Assembly: GCF_009914755.1 (NCBI RefSeq)
Contig: NC_060936.1
Direction: 5' to 3' (one strand)
DNA: 64,000 nucleotides
DNA from: the human T2T-CHM13v2.0 reference genome, Homo sapiens
In this document: piece by piece, positions 29,203-42,598 of the stretch
Numbering within the stretch: position 1 is the first letter of the stretch
Layout of the letters: each line of letters opens with the position of its first letter
Notes under the pieces: generated by a model
Seen by the model: only the letters and a program-made list of their open reading frames with translations
Databases searched by the model: none
Told to the model about the DNA's origin: nothing
Program-made: the position numbers and the translations under genes

Positions 29203-31144
29203 AAGACATTAAGAAGTAGGGCAAACAATGTCCACTTGCTCGTGAGATTCTCTGATTTCATGGTTTGAAATCTCTAGGTGGCTATTTCAAAAAATGAACT
29301 CAAACCCTAACCTGAACCAGAACACAGACCTAAAAACAAAGGTTTAATATTCTGCTACTGAAACATACCAGGAGGGAAAGCAGTTCACAGCATGCACTGA
29401 GGGCCACAGACAAATAAGCTACCTGCAAATGAGGATAGGAAAAGGTTAGGATGGAAAAGCTATCTTTTAAAAATCCTCAACCATGTTCTCAAAAATGTAA
29501 TTTATTTACATGTGTTAATTATATTATTGATTTAGGTTAAACATTGAAATAAGTTGGCAGTGTTAAATTTGATGTTTCCTCTCCCGGTAATGTTTGAGAA
29601 AAATATTACCTGGTTAATGCAATCTTTATCTAGCAAAACAGGGGTGAGCTGGTCTAGAATCAATGAGACCAAGGTCTTGAGTTCAAATTGTGCGTGAGTC
29701 AGTGAACCTCTCTCTAAAACAGGGCCAAGCCCTCCTCCTAAACCGGCAAATGCACATGGTAGGTCATGGGGGGAGTGGCGAGAGAGCACACACGTGCATA
29801 GCACACACCCAGCACTGCCCTGGAGAACTCGAAATCAAACTGCACATTCTGTTGATGTTGTGTCAATGGACTCTCCCCATAAATAGTATTTGGCTCTCAG
29901 AGTCAGATAATTTAAATTTCTCCTATTCCTCTCACCACCCTCCCCTCAACTCCCACCTTTTACATTTCTATGTTCTTCCCCACGTAAGCCCCTTACCCTT
30001 TTAAAAATCTTTGATAGGGTGCATACATGGAAAAGGGGGTGGATTACTTATTTTAATGATTTAAAAATTATTTTAATTCTGCCAATAGTTTTCCAAAGTA
30101 GAAGCAACTTGGATGGGCAGGAGATTTTAATCTTAGACATAGACCCAACTGGTCTATCTCTATTCTCTGCATGAGATGGCACCTTACCCATTACAAGGAT
30201 ATCATTTCCCGCCTGCTCCCTTGCTTAAAAGTCTCTGGAGCTCATTTCATAGATGAGGACTTTTGAGGGAAACTGCATCTTTTTTGGAATTAACATGATA
30301 TTACTATATCCAAAGGAGCCTTCCTGGGTTTGAGGATAATCAGGACTGATGCTGCATTTGTGCAGGAGAAAGTATCAGTGAGCCACATGCTGTCATGTGC
30401 TGCGTTCAAGTCTCTCTAAGTAGGTAAAAGTAAACTGGAGAACTGAGATAATCATCTTGACAATTTAGTCAAAATACTCTATATTTATTCTAGATATAAG
30501 GACTAAGAGCGTGTGTTATTTAGTATGTTGCTTTACACTTCTAAAATACTTGAGATAATTGCAATGTTTCTTTTACTTTTTAATAATAGTACTAGATATA
30601 ATTGCATTACATAAATGTTCTGTTATCTTAAAATTGCTAGAGTCCATTTCTGACTAAAATATCTCATTATTTCATTTCTACTTCCTCACCTCTAGCTTTT
30701 TAATCAGTCTTTTATTGTCAGATTTCATTTTCCTCTTTAGAAATGGGTGAGGTGGAGCCCCAGTTGTGTTTAACGGGTATATGAAAACCATCTTTTGAAT
30801 CTTCCTATCCAGGCTGTTCTTATTGTTGTGATACCTTTGGGAACACAAATGGAGTTGAGTGAGTCCCAGAGGAAAAGCCTACCTAGAATCTACTCAACCT
30901 GAGTTCATAGTTCATAGAAGCTAATCATATTCCCCCCTTTTTTTTTTTTTTTGCATTGAGCACCTGATTAACCTCCATGAGTCCACACTAGAAGTGACAC
31001 TGAGAAAGAGCACATCTTCTCATCTCCCATGTGTCCCTCAAGGGTCCCTCATCACCTTCCCTTCCTGAACTCAGGTCAGATGGATTTCCTCCTTTCCCAA
31101 GCTTCAATGCCTCCCTTGCGCTAAAGCTTACAGAATCCGTATTA

Positions 31145-31510
<366 letters not shown>

Positions 31511-31826
31511 TCAAAAACAGGACACTTGGGTATACTGGATAAAGCCCTGCCCTAGGGATCTGGATTGCAGTTGAAGCCATGCCCCCTCACACCTGAGTGG
31601 GCTTGGGTATGCACCTGGGGTAGTAGGGATAAAAACTTCAAATACTACTTCAAATATTTGAAGAAAATGCAGCTTCTCTGTTTTCTGTCATAGATCTACT
31701 CTTCCTCATAAACATCTACCTCACTGGGTACCAATGCATGGACAGCACTCTTTTATACTTGTCAATATTCAGTACTAAAGTCTCTTGTCTTTTAAATGGG
31801 CTCCCCCATGATGCATTTACTTTTGC

Positions 31827-31960
31827 ATCTTCCCAGCTTCCTCTCTCTCCCCAGAGGATCTTCCAAGCTTCCTCAGGATCTTCCAAGCTTCCTCTGGATC
31901 TTCCCAGATTCCTCTCTTCCCAATGCTGGATCTTCCCAGCTTGCTCTCTCTCCCCAGAGG
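31827..31960. repeat. Pyrimidine-rich minisatellite, five units of 20-32 bp
   Basis: Units begin ATCTTCC(C/A)AG(C/A)TT(C/G)CTC at 31827, 31858, 31878, 31898 and 31930. Confidence 0.85.
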
Positions 31961-33601
31961 CTGGGGCTGATATAATCGTGTGGTAGCAAGGGAAAGGCAT
32001 GTCAGAGCCCTCTGGATCCTCCGTGCATGGCCTGGTCCCCTCCCAGCTGATGTGTCACTCAGTCCACATGGGTCTTTGGAACATTTTTCTGGCACACCCT
32101 CTGGTTCTGACCATTTGCCCCTGGTTGTGCCTTCCTTCTCTACAGCCTCTGTGCATCTTCAGGCCTCTGCCAATTCCCTGGGCTTCTTAACACCAATACG
32201 TCTGCTTGTCAAGGCTCAAAGAACTTTTCAGAACCCATAGGATCAAGACTGTCACTACTATCTCACCTCACACATTAACAAAGAGTCTTCCAATACGGTC
32301 TTTTTTCCCCAAGTGCTCCAAACAGTGATGGGGAAAAATTGGACTCTTCTCTGGACTTTTCTTAGCGGGATGCATATACTAAAAACCTGCCTCTCCAATT
32401 CTCTTTTCTGTCTCCTTTTTTGCAGTCCACTGGCACAGAAGGATAAACATCCCACTTCTTTCTAACACCTGTAAGGGACCTCTTTTTTATATCCTCTACA
32501 TATCCTCTTTTCATATCCTTTCTGAGGTGACATTTATAGTCTCCTAAAGCAATCATGGTGGACAAGGTGCAAAGACAGAAATCTAGTTCACCCACAAAGC
32601 AAGATGTATCTGGAGAAATTCCAAAAATATTATCCCTCTTGCACCTAATTTTTCTAATTCTCAGTTTCCTCAGAAAAATTAAAGGGGGAGCGGGTAATAA
32701 TGCCTGCACCTACTCTCCAGAGGGAAGATCTCTGTGTCCCTCTTGAAACCAATTTGAGTTAAAACTGCAGGAAGTAGAATTTCTCCAGATGCATTTATTC
32801 CTTAGAGGGTTTACACCCTCAGAAGGCCTATACTGACAGACAATCCTGTCTGCTGACTTAGCCACGATACAGCATGTAGAAATGCGCACACACATGCATG
32901 CACACGTGCATACACATGCACACACACAGAGCCATTCTCCCCTTACACCCACCTCTTTGGAAATGTCCTCCAATCTGTGTTAGGCTCAAACAGCAAAAAA
33001 ACCCGAAAACGAAACCAAATCAAAACAATGATCCTTAAAGTCTCAATATAATTACAAATCCAATATGTTAACTTTTCTTAAATGATTCAAAAATCCTAAG
33101 AACAGACCACAATTATTTATGTATTTATTCAATAACTTGTCCTGGATGCTTGAATACCTCAGTAATCAAAATAGATCATGACCCTTGCCCTTATACTTGA
33201 CAGGATGGGAAAGAGTGGGAAGAAGGGAGGCAGATACTAAGCAATATGCTAAATAAATAAGTAAATAATAATGTACATTAGAAGCAGAGGATGGAATAAC
33301 AGAAATAGTAGAATACACAGGTTGAAAGCATTTATTATTATACCTTTGTTTCTCATATTTAAAGTAATTCATTTATTCATGTTTCTCTAGTTATTATACC
33401 TTCCCAGGGTTAAAATAACCTTTAACCTCCAAGAAATGGAATATTATCTCAGACCAGCTAAGACTGCAGATTACGGGTTACTGATCAATGAATTCTTAGG
33501 GCCTGGGGCCTGCTTGAAACTTCCGGAGGGATTCAAACTTAATCCAGTAACCATCTCTCTGCCTTTTTCCCTTCCTTCCCTTCTTCCTTTCCACTTTTTA
33601 G

Positions 33602-33658
33602 CGTAAAACGCTGGAGGAGAAGTCAGTAGCAAGCAGCTAAGACAACATGGTACATGTG
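33602..33658 (+). ncRNA. IFNG-AS1: IFNG-AS1 exon 3 (57 nt)
   Basis: Long polypyrimidine tract ending TTTTTAG|C; donor GTG|GTGAGT. Confidence 0.87.
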
Positions 33659-34015
33659 GTGAGTACATAAGAGATTTGGTTTGTCACACACTAAGGAATT
33701 TGATTTTTACCCAACAGGTGATCAAAGGACAAAAGTGACAAGGTGGTTTTAAGAAATGTCTCAGGAAACTAATCAGCAGAGTAAATTTACAAGATAATTT
33801 TCAAAAAAAATCCGAATTTATTTATGCTATCAACCTTGTATAAAGAATTCTAGAAAAAAGTTAAAGAAGGAAATTTTTATGTATAAAACATTGAAAAACA
33901 AATTCCAGATTTTTTTATAAGCTGAGATTAATGAGTCAAATTCTAATGAAACCATCAGTATTTAGCCATCTCCCTCACTCATGAAGGAAGGGATCAGACA
34001 TACCCATTGCGCTAT

Positions 34016-34520
34016 TGTCTGGGAAGAATTCTAAGACAGCCCCATGATCTCTGCCCGGGTGTTTCATCCATAATTAGGTTACATTATAGGTGAAAGTGAA
34101 GGGATTTGGCAAATATAATTAAGGCCTCAAATCAGTTGAAAAGTTCATCAAAAAGGAAGATTATACTTGCTGGATCTGACTTAATTAGCTGGAAGCCTTT
34201 TTAAAGAGGGTTTGGATTTCACTGAGTCAGAAAGAGATTCTCCTGCTGGCACTGAAAGAACAGGCTGCCATTGGTTCTGCAGCTGCAAGGAAATGAATTT
34301 TGCCATTAAGCATGTGTGCTTGGAAGAAGACTTTGAAACTCACATGAGACCCTAGTCCCAGCTGATCCCTTGACGGCAGCTTTGTGAGACCATGACCTGA
34401 GGACCCAGTTAGGCCAAGCCTAGACTCCTGACCCATGGAAACTGTGAAATAATAAAAGCATGTTGTTTCAAGATTCTAAAATAGTGATAACTTGTTACAA
34501 AGCAATAGAAAAGGAATATA
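34016..34520 (+). mobile_element. MLT1 (MLT1E/F-like) LTR
   Basis: GAATTCTAAGACAGCCCC...GCAGCTGCAAGGAAATGAATTTTGCC...CTCCTGACCCATGGAAACTGTGA...AGCAATAGAAAA. Confidence 0.8.
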
Positions 34521-34574
34521 CCCTTAGAATGATTTTTTAAAATCACATGGAAGAGTGCTTATCTATAAAAACAG

Positions 34575-34830
34575 TCAGTGTGTGTAGTAAAGGCACAGAG
34601 CCTAAAGCCAGACTACATGGGTTCATGTCCCAACACCACCCCTCCTTGTTGTGTGACCTTGGGCATGTTCCCCTGTGCTTCCATGCCTCCATTTCCACAT
34701 TATGAAACGAAGATAAACACAGGACTCCATTCATAGGATTATTTTGAGAATTAAAGGACTTCAGTTATGCAAAGTCCCTAGAAGGGCAACTGGCACACAG
34801 TAAGCACTCTATGAATCATTAACTATCCTT
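34575..34830 (+). mobile_element. MIR
   Basis: Core TGTGTGACCTTGGGCATGT...GCCTCCATTTCC; 3' end TGGCACACAGTAAGCACTC. Confidence 0.75.
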
Positions 34831-35647
34831 ATATGATGCAGCTCTACTAATTGTCAGTGGAGCTAGATATATCAAAGACTTTCTTCATATACCCCCTTGA
34901 CAATTAAGAATGTCATCCTAATATAAACACTCAAGGCATTTGAAGAGATCAAATTTATCACTGTGTTGAGTTTCAATAATCTATTTTAGTCAGAAAAAAT
35001 AAATAATGGATGAAATGATGCAAGAAATACAATCTCAATTTTAAACTGAAAAAATAGCTGGTGGAGACCTAATCATTCCTGAGAGTTTCTTAATGCCCTC
35101 TCTCCCCTAAGATTCAAATATCAGTCACAGTTTCAAAGTAATCACTATAATACATGAACAGCTGATGAAATCTCATGTTGTAATTGCCACATGTTATTTT
35201 CAAGGAATTGCACAATGCAAAACCTCTATATTTACACAATAAAATAGAAGGAAAATACTTTTGGGAAGGCTACTTAGCCATGACAGATAGATAGAAAGAC
35301 AGAAGAATAGGAGGCAGAGATAGAGAAAGACAGAGGAAGGGAGAGATGGAAGAAAGAAGGAAATAGATGACTTGGTGCCCTCACGATGAGATGATACATC
35401 TTGAATCCCCTGGGTCAAATGGAATCTTAAATAAATAAGTGAAGCTTCTTCTGAAGCAATATAAATTGTTGAGCTATAGCTTCTTTAAAAAATCAGGCAA
35501 ACTAAAAATGGAAAACCATTGTCTTAAGATATCCAACTAGAATTTAGCTAGGAAAAGGAAAAAGTCAATTGTGATATGAAGTTCAATACTGCTAAAGACT
35601 AGCTACCTCAGAATTGCAAGGGGGATCTTTTAAAAATTAGAGATACA

Positions 35648-35974
<327 letters not shown>

Positions 35975-36849
35975 CTAATCTAGGAGTTCTGGAGTTCACA
36001 GCAGGAAACTGAATTTTTAAAAAGCTCTTTATTAGTTAAGGTAAGTTTTAGAAAGAATCAAATTCCAAGGTGTCAGTAGATTAGCACAATAGAAATTAAT
36101 TTCTTGTTCGTAGGATGGCTCATGGTGAGGTTGGTAGGAGGCTTCTCCACATGCAGTCATTCAGTGACCCAGACTATTTCCATCAGTGGCTCTCCCATAT
36201 GCTAGGGTTTCATAGTCATCCGCATCCACCAAGTAGAAGGGGAAACAGCATGGAGGAGCACTATGGGAACTTGTAATGGACCAGACTGAAAGTAGCATGA
36301 ATTTTCTTTTTTCCTCTCATTCTGTTAAGGAGATCTCAGTCACAGGGTGACAGCTACCTACAAGGGAGGAAGGGAAATACCATCCAGCTGGTGTTCCAAT
36401 AAGAAGAGGCAGTAGATTTCAGTGAACAGGATGAGTGTCTGCTACAAGCACTCCATGTGATTTTATGTACAACTGGTGCATGATTGAAAGTTCACAGTTG
36501 AAAATACAACTTTTGAGTCCAAATAATCTAAATTCCAAACTTGGCCATTTGACAGCTATGTGATCTTAGGCAAAATATCTCCCCTCCTTGTGCCTTGGTT
36601 TCTTCAGTTATTCATCTTTTAAGTAAAGATTAAAAACATCCTACATTGTAAGGTTCTTGTGAGACTGAAATAAGACAATATGTTTAAAATAATTAGAACC
36701 ATAACTGGCACTTAATAGTAACACATATTTTACTTAAACTGTATTGTCTAGGAATCAAGGTGTTCTGCTATTTGAGATAAGAACTCAGATGCATCAGTAT
36801 CAGAATATATATTTTGTCCCAGCTGAATTATTACATTGGAACAGTTTTT

Positions 36850-37151
36850 TGTTTTTGTTTTGTTTTGTTTTTTGAGACAGTCTCGCTCTGTTGCCCAGGC
36901 TGGAGTGCAGTGACACAATCTTGGCTCACTGCAACTTCTGCATCCCAGTTCAAGCAATTCTCCTGCCTCAGCCTCCTGAGTAGCTGGGACTACAGGCGCC
37001 CGCCACCACGCCCAGCTAATTTTTTGTATTTTTAGTAGAGACGGGATTTCACTGTGTTAGCCAGGGTGGTCTCGATCTCTTGGCCTCGTGATCCACCCAC
37101 CTCAGTCTCCCAAAGTGCTGGCATTATAGGCGTGAGTCATTGTGCCTGGCC
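36850..37151 (-). mobile_element. AluS
   Basis: (TTTTG)n tail and Alu body; TSD TGGAACAGTTTTT at 36837-36849 and 37152-37164. Confidence 0.94.
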
Positions 37152-40100
37152 TGGAACAGTTTTTAAAGGTAGAATTTTAACACACCAGAAGTTGGTTTCT
37201 TGCTCTCATAAAAGTTCCTGGGCAACTGGGCAGCTCTCCTCCATGCAGTCATTCCGAGATCTTGTCTTTTTCCATCTGGTGGCTCCCCAATCCCTAGGCT
37301 TTATCATCATCTCATCCAGTGTGTAGAGATACACCAGGGAAGCAGTACTCACTGTGGTCAGAGCTAAGAATTCAGTGCTGCAGTATTAAAATATTTGAAG
37401 CCCACTGAAAGAATAATTGATGAGTTTTAAAAATAAAATAAAAGCAACTTCCAAAATTAAGAAATTGAAAGTGTTGATAGTTGATATCTCAAGCTGATAT
37501 TTACAATAATCTGATGATTTTAATTCAGAGTGTTTCAGATATTTTTAGATTTAACTTTTGCCACATATGAATGTTTACCACTACACCCAAGGGACTCCAT
37601 GAACACTTCTGGAATAGGACCTAAGCTTTATGGTGCTAATCATTTGAAGCAAGTGAAACCATCATTGATAAGCTTGATGCTGTATCATTGAAAGGATTAA
37701 TTTACAGAGTGGTTCTGAAGTCTGGACCACTATTAAGGCACTGTCCAATCAGTGAAGTTATCTATTTGAAGTAGAGATGACCTTTGTTCAGCATTTTTCA
37801 AAGCTGAGTAATGTATAGGCCTCTTTAAAGAAAAAAAATTCTCACTAAGCCACATGAATATATCCATGGTTTTCTGGTCTTCAGACGCCAGTTTGCGGAG
37901 TACATCCCTAGTCAAAATAATTCAGAGCAAAATACGTCTCTGCATGCCTCATCTTCTTGCTTTCTCCATCATTTTCCCAGTTTCAAACCTTACTTCCCCT
38001 ACCCCTTGCCACAATCACACACTTTCTGTGCTGTCCTCCCCGGTAAGCATCTCATAACATGCTGCCTTCCATCTGACTTTCCTGATTCCATTCCAAGTTT
38101 ACCTTTTAGGTCTTGTTCTTGTTTAATGAACTCTTGCTGACCATAAAGTTGATTAGAGCCTGGCTCCCCATGTGCTCAATTTACAAAGTGGTAGTCAATG
38201 TTCTGAACACAAGAATACAACCTCCTTCTGTGTTCTTGCCTTGGGCCGAACCACATATTAGGGAAGTGAGAGAAAAAAAATGTTTGGGATACCCTTCATG
38301 TGCCAGGCCTCATACAATCATTTCACTTTTTTACCCTCGTGCCCTTGGGAAATCACTCCAGCATTTCAGCTTCCTTTTACTCCTATGCAAAAGGAGGATG
38401 GTGACAATTTCCTAGGTTCAAATAATAGTTACTCTTTCTTTAGTTCCTTACTGTGTTCCTAGTTCTCTGTCAGGGGTTAGATGTATTATCTCGTTGAATC
38501 TTCAGACACTACTATGAGGTAGGTTTTTAGATGAGAAAACAGGCCAGAAAAGGTTTTGTAAATGGATCAGTCCATTTGGGCACAGTCCTCAGAGCTTTGG
38601 AGTTTTTCAGGTGATATTGGCTCAGCTGATAATATTTGCTTCCTAAGGCACAGTAACAACAGGAAACTGTACGACCAGAGGCATATATAAAATAAATAAC
38701 CATCTCATCGTGCTCTCTGTTTAGCAGCACTTGTTTGGTGGTTCTTTGCCACATCAGCCCACTTTACAAGTAATCGAGTAAGGTAAACTTAAATTTGACC
38801 TAGTTTAATCAAACTGTGGGTTGTGGTTCAATCATTCAACAATTTATTACTAAGAATTTAAACAGTTTTAACAACCACTGTAAGTGCAGTCTTTCTTTTG
38901 TGGTCTCTCTCAGAAGCTAATGTTGCTATTTCTGACCACCCTGTATATACTGTAACTCCTCCAAAATAACCTGAAAATGCAAAAAGCGTTACATTTTCAC
39001 AGACATCATACTTCAAAGAGCATGAATAGAAAGAAGGACCATGGAACTGATCTTGAGATGATGTTCCAGCAAATTCGAGCTCCCAATATCATCCTTGATT
39101 TTGCTCAATAATAACCTATATTGTTTACTTCCCACTTAATGAGAAAACTCAAATGCAGACTGAACTTGGGAGTGCTGGTGTCAACAGAACCATCAGACCG
39201 CAGCATGCTGAGACCAATTGGTCTCCACTACTAGTACCAGGCAGCCAAAGTGAGAGGATCAGCAAGGGCCAAAATCAATGGTGTTGGGGCCTCACCGAGG
39301 CAGCCCAACCTTACGGGAGCCAAAAGTCACCCCTGCTCAGCCTACAAGGCAAGAGGCACTTCTAATAGGGAAAGATTAGAGAGAATAGAGAAGCTTCTCC
39401 AGCAGATTCCAATGCTGTTGCCTTTCAGTTTCCTGTTTGGGTTTTGCAAGCCTCCTTCAGTTACCCTGGAATGTCAGAACAAGCAATCTGCTTTGAGTTG
39501 GGGAAGGTTTGATGTTTTTTTCATGTGGGGGTGTTAATTTCATCAGAAAGAAAAATGAAAAAAGCCCGCCTCCTGAGCTCAGTAGTGTGGCATGGAAATG
39601 TAGCACATCCTACTCTGATGTTTCTTTCCTGCCTCCCTTAGCCCTAGTTACTAGATTGCGGTTTACAGGTTGTTTTGTTTTTTCTTTCCTTTTAATTGGT
39701 TTTACTCTTCATGCCAAGTTGCTTTAAGGATCTAAATTTTTTTAAGTACTAGGGAAAGCTTTTATCTGCCACCGGCCAGGACTGGAGAGATGAGTTTGCA
39801 AATGTTCCACCTTCATGCTTTGCCCCATATGAGGCTCTCTTCTATCCCATTTGCATTCAGGGGAGTTACTCTGAGTTTGGTCCATGACAGCCACTGGTCA
39901 GGAAAGGAAACAAGGTCATGCAGCTGTGTTAGCCTCAACAAAGAAGGCAGGAATACACTATGCTCAACCAGGGGAATGCTGCCTTCACTTCTCCCTAAAA
40001 TGAGGAGAGGAAAGGAGAGTAAAGGAATGAGAGGAGCACGTGCAACCAGCTTCCTTCTCCCAAACACTTTTCATAAGAATTCATGTCAAAGCCACAGACA

Positions 40101-41063
40101 CAATCTGGGCCAGTGGTTTGAGGGGGTGAAGAATCTGGATTCCCTCAGTTGGTTTGACTTGTATGAACTCAATTCAATTCAATAAGCTTAAGTTTATATA
40201 TCACTAATTATATCTATTACCATCACTGTATATCTATTATCATCACCTCACAGGCATACCATAGTTCCAGCCTGTGGGCATTTTAATTAAGGAAAGACGA
40301 CTAGCGATGCATAGAGTTCAGGATGAGGAGGCCTTTGCTATCAAGTGCAGAAAGAGAACAGCATGCATTCTATAAAAACAACAACAGCTTTGCTCTTTCT
40401 GTGGTATACTTCCTTTTGCTTTTGTTTAGAGCTCCCTTGGGGATAGAGAGGAAGCATGAAGTGGCAAAAGAGAGAGGTTAAATAGCATGAAGCTGATAAA
40501 TGAAGACAAAAGGGGAAAGAACTATCAAGAGAGCAAAGTGATAGAGCTGGAAAGACCAAGCCTTGTCCAGGGCATCTTAGCTCACTGCAATACAGAAGCT
40601 TTAACCATTTTGCCTGGGATTGATTCAAAAACCCGTGAACCACTGAATATATCATTATCCAATTTTATTGAATTAGTTTGCAGCACATATTTTTAGCACT
40701 TAGGCAAACATTTCTGTGCAATTTAGATCTGAAAGTCAGGGTTTAGGATTTGGGATTTATAGGGAAACAACCCTAGCCCCACTTCCTCTCAATGCATTGG
40801 TGGAGGTTGGGGCTGCAAGGTGAAGGACCACGTAATACAAGCTGCCCTGCCTTCCTCTGGCAGCAGTTACACAAAGCCAAGCAGTTGTCTTGACCTCAGA
40901 AATTCTCAAAGTCTTTAACAGATGAATGTGCAATATGGCACTCCAAGAGGGAGGTACAGTAGGTTACATGTCACAAATATATTTAATCTTTGAATTCCTC
41001 CCCTTTAATTTCACCTACTGATCTATTAATACCTTCTACAGGGTCCAATGTGAAAAACACTAA

Positions 41064-42366
41064 GTGGGATGGTTAATTGTATGTGTTCCCTTGGCTGGAC
41101 CATGATGACAGATATTTGGTCAAACATTATTCTGGATGTTTCTGTAAAGGAGTTTTTGGGTAAGATTTGCATTTAAATTGGTGGACTTTGAGTAAAGTAG
41201 ATAGCCCTCCATTTCATAGGTAGGCCTCATTCAATCGGTTGATGCCTTGATCAGAACCAAAGGTTGACTGTCCCCAAGTAAGAAGGAATTCTGCCAGCAC
41301 ATGGCTTTCTTTTTCCCATAGGATATTGGGGTACAGGTGGTGTTTGGTTACATGAGTAAGTTATTTAGTGGTGATTTGTGAGATTTTGGTGCACCCATCA
41401 CCCGAGCAGTGTACACTGCACCCTATTTGTAGTCTTTTACCCCTCGCTCCCCTCCCACTCTTCCTCTCAAGTCCCCAAAGTCCATTGTATCATTCTTATG
41501 CCTTTGCACCCTCATAGCTTAGCTCCCACATATCAGGGAGAACATATGATGTTTAGTATTCCATTCCTCAGTTACCTCACTTAGAATAATAGTCTCCAGT
41601 CTCATCCAGGTCTCTGAGAATGTCATTAATTCATTCCTTTTTATGGCTAAGTAGTTTTCCATCATAATGTATACCACAGTTTCTTTATCCATTTGTTAAT
41701 GGATGGGCATTTGGGTTGGTTCCATGATTTTTGCAATTGCAAGTTGTGCTGCTATAAACGTGTGTGCAAGTATGTTTTTGCATAATGACATCTTGTCCTC
41801 TGGGTAGATACCCACTAGTGGGATTGCTGGATCAAATGGTAGTTTTACTTTTAGTTCTTCAAGGAACCTCCACACTGTTTTCCACAGTGGCTGTACAAGT
41901 TTACATTCCCACCAGCAGTGTGGAAGTGTTCCCTGATCACTGCATCCATGCCAACATCTACTGGTTTTGTTTTGTTTTTTATTATTATGGCTATTCTTGC
42001 AGGGGTAAGATGGTATCATATTGTGGTTTTGATATTGCATTTCCCTGATCATTAGTGATGTTGAGCATTTTTTCATATGTTTGTTGGCCATTTGTATATC
42101 TTCTTTTGAGAATTGAGCAGACAGCTTTTGAACTTCATTTACAACATTAGCTCTTCCTGGTTTGCCAGCAGACTGCTTTTGGACTTGAACTGCGTCTCTT
42201 TCCTGAGTCTTCAGTCTGCCAACCTTCTCCATCAGATTTTGAACTGGCCAAGCCTCCACAATCACATACACCAGTTCCTTAAAAGAAATGTCTTACACAC
42301 ACACAGACACACACACACACACACAGACACCCTATTGGTTCTATTTCTTTGGAGAACCCTAATACA
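41064..42366 (+). mobile_element. MLT2 (ERVL) LTR split by an L1PB insertion; contains a (CA)n
   Basis: GATGGTTAATT...CAGATATTTGGTCAAACATTATTCTGGATGTTTCTG before the insert; CAGCTTTTGAAC...CCTATTGGTTCT...GGAGAACCCTAATACA after it. Confidence 0.82.
41308..42113 (-). mobile_element. L1PB 3' end
   Basis: TATTGGGGTACAGGTGGTGTTTGGTTACATGAG...CACCCGAGCAGTGTACAC 3' UTR; ORF2 C-terminal peptide [20 protein letters not shown]. Confidence 0.92.
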
Positions 42367-42569
42367 TTAAGTTAATGTAAATTTGGAAAATAGAATGGCG
42401 TCTATTTTCAGATGGTCAGATTAATTGTAATTCTTGGTGAAAAGAGCAATACACATTTCTAATGTACTATACAAACAGATTTTGAGATAAAGGGCAACTA
42501 AAAAACCCAGGCACCAAGATCAAATATAAAACATGTCAGAACAAACACAATTTTTGAGAAAAGCATTTT

Positions 42570-42598
42570 CCTAGCCCAGGGCATGGCCCAGGGCAGAG
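42570..42598 (+). repeat. 29-bp perfect inverted repeat, left copy (partner at 44374-44402)
   Basis: CCTAGCCCAGGGCATGGCCCAGGGCAGAG is the exact reverse complement of 44374-44402. Confidence 0.95.

Noticed and set aside
28743-29268. Cluster of 77-83 aa ORFs in unique intron 2 sequence
   Set aside because: No domain similarity or splice context; the region is better explained as regulatory.
31827-31960. CRISPR-like array
   Set aside because: There are no unique spacers; the intervening sequence is made of variants of the same unit, so it is a minisatellite.
36150-37320. Apparent duplication between ~36150-36230 and ~37244-37320
   Set aside because: The similarity is low and both look like independent fragments of the same old MLT1 family.
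41696-42271. Longest listed ORF (191 aa)
   Set aside because: It is a chance read-through from antisense MLT2 into the L1PB ORF2 C-terminus with internal frameshifts; there is no support for expression.
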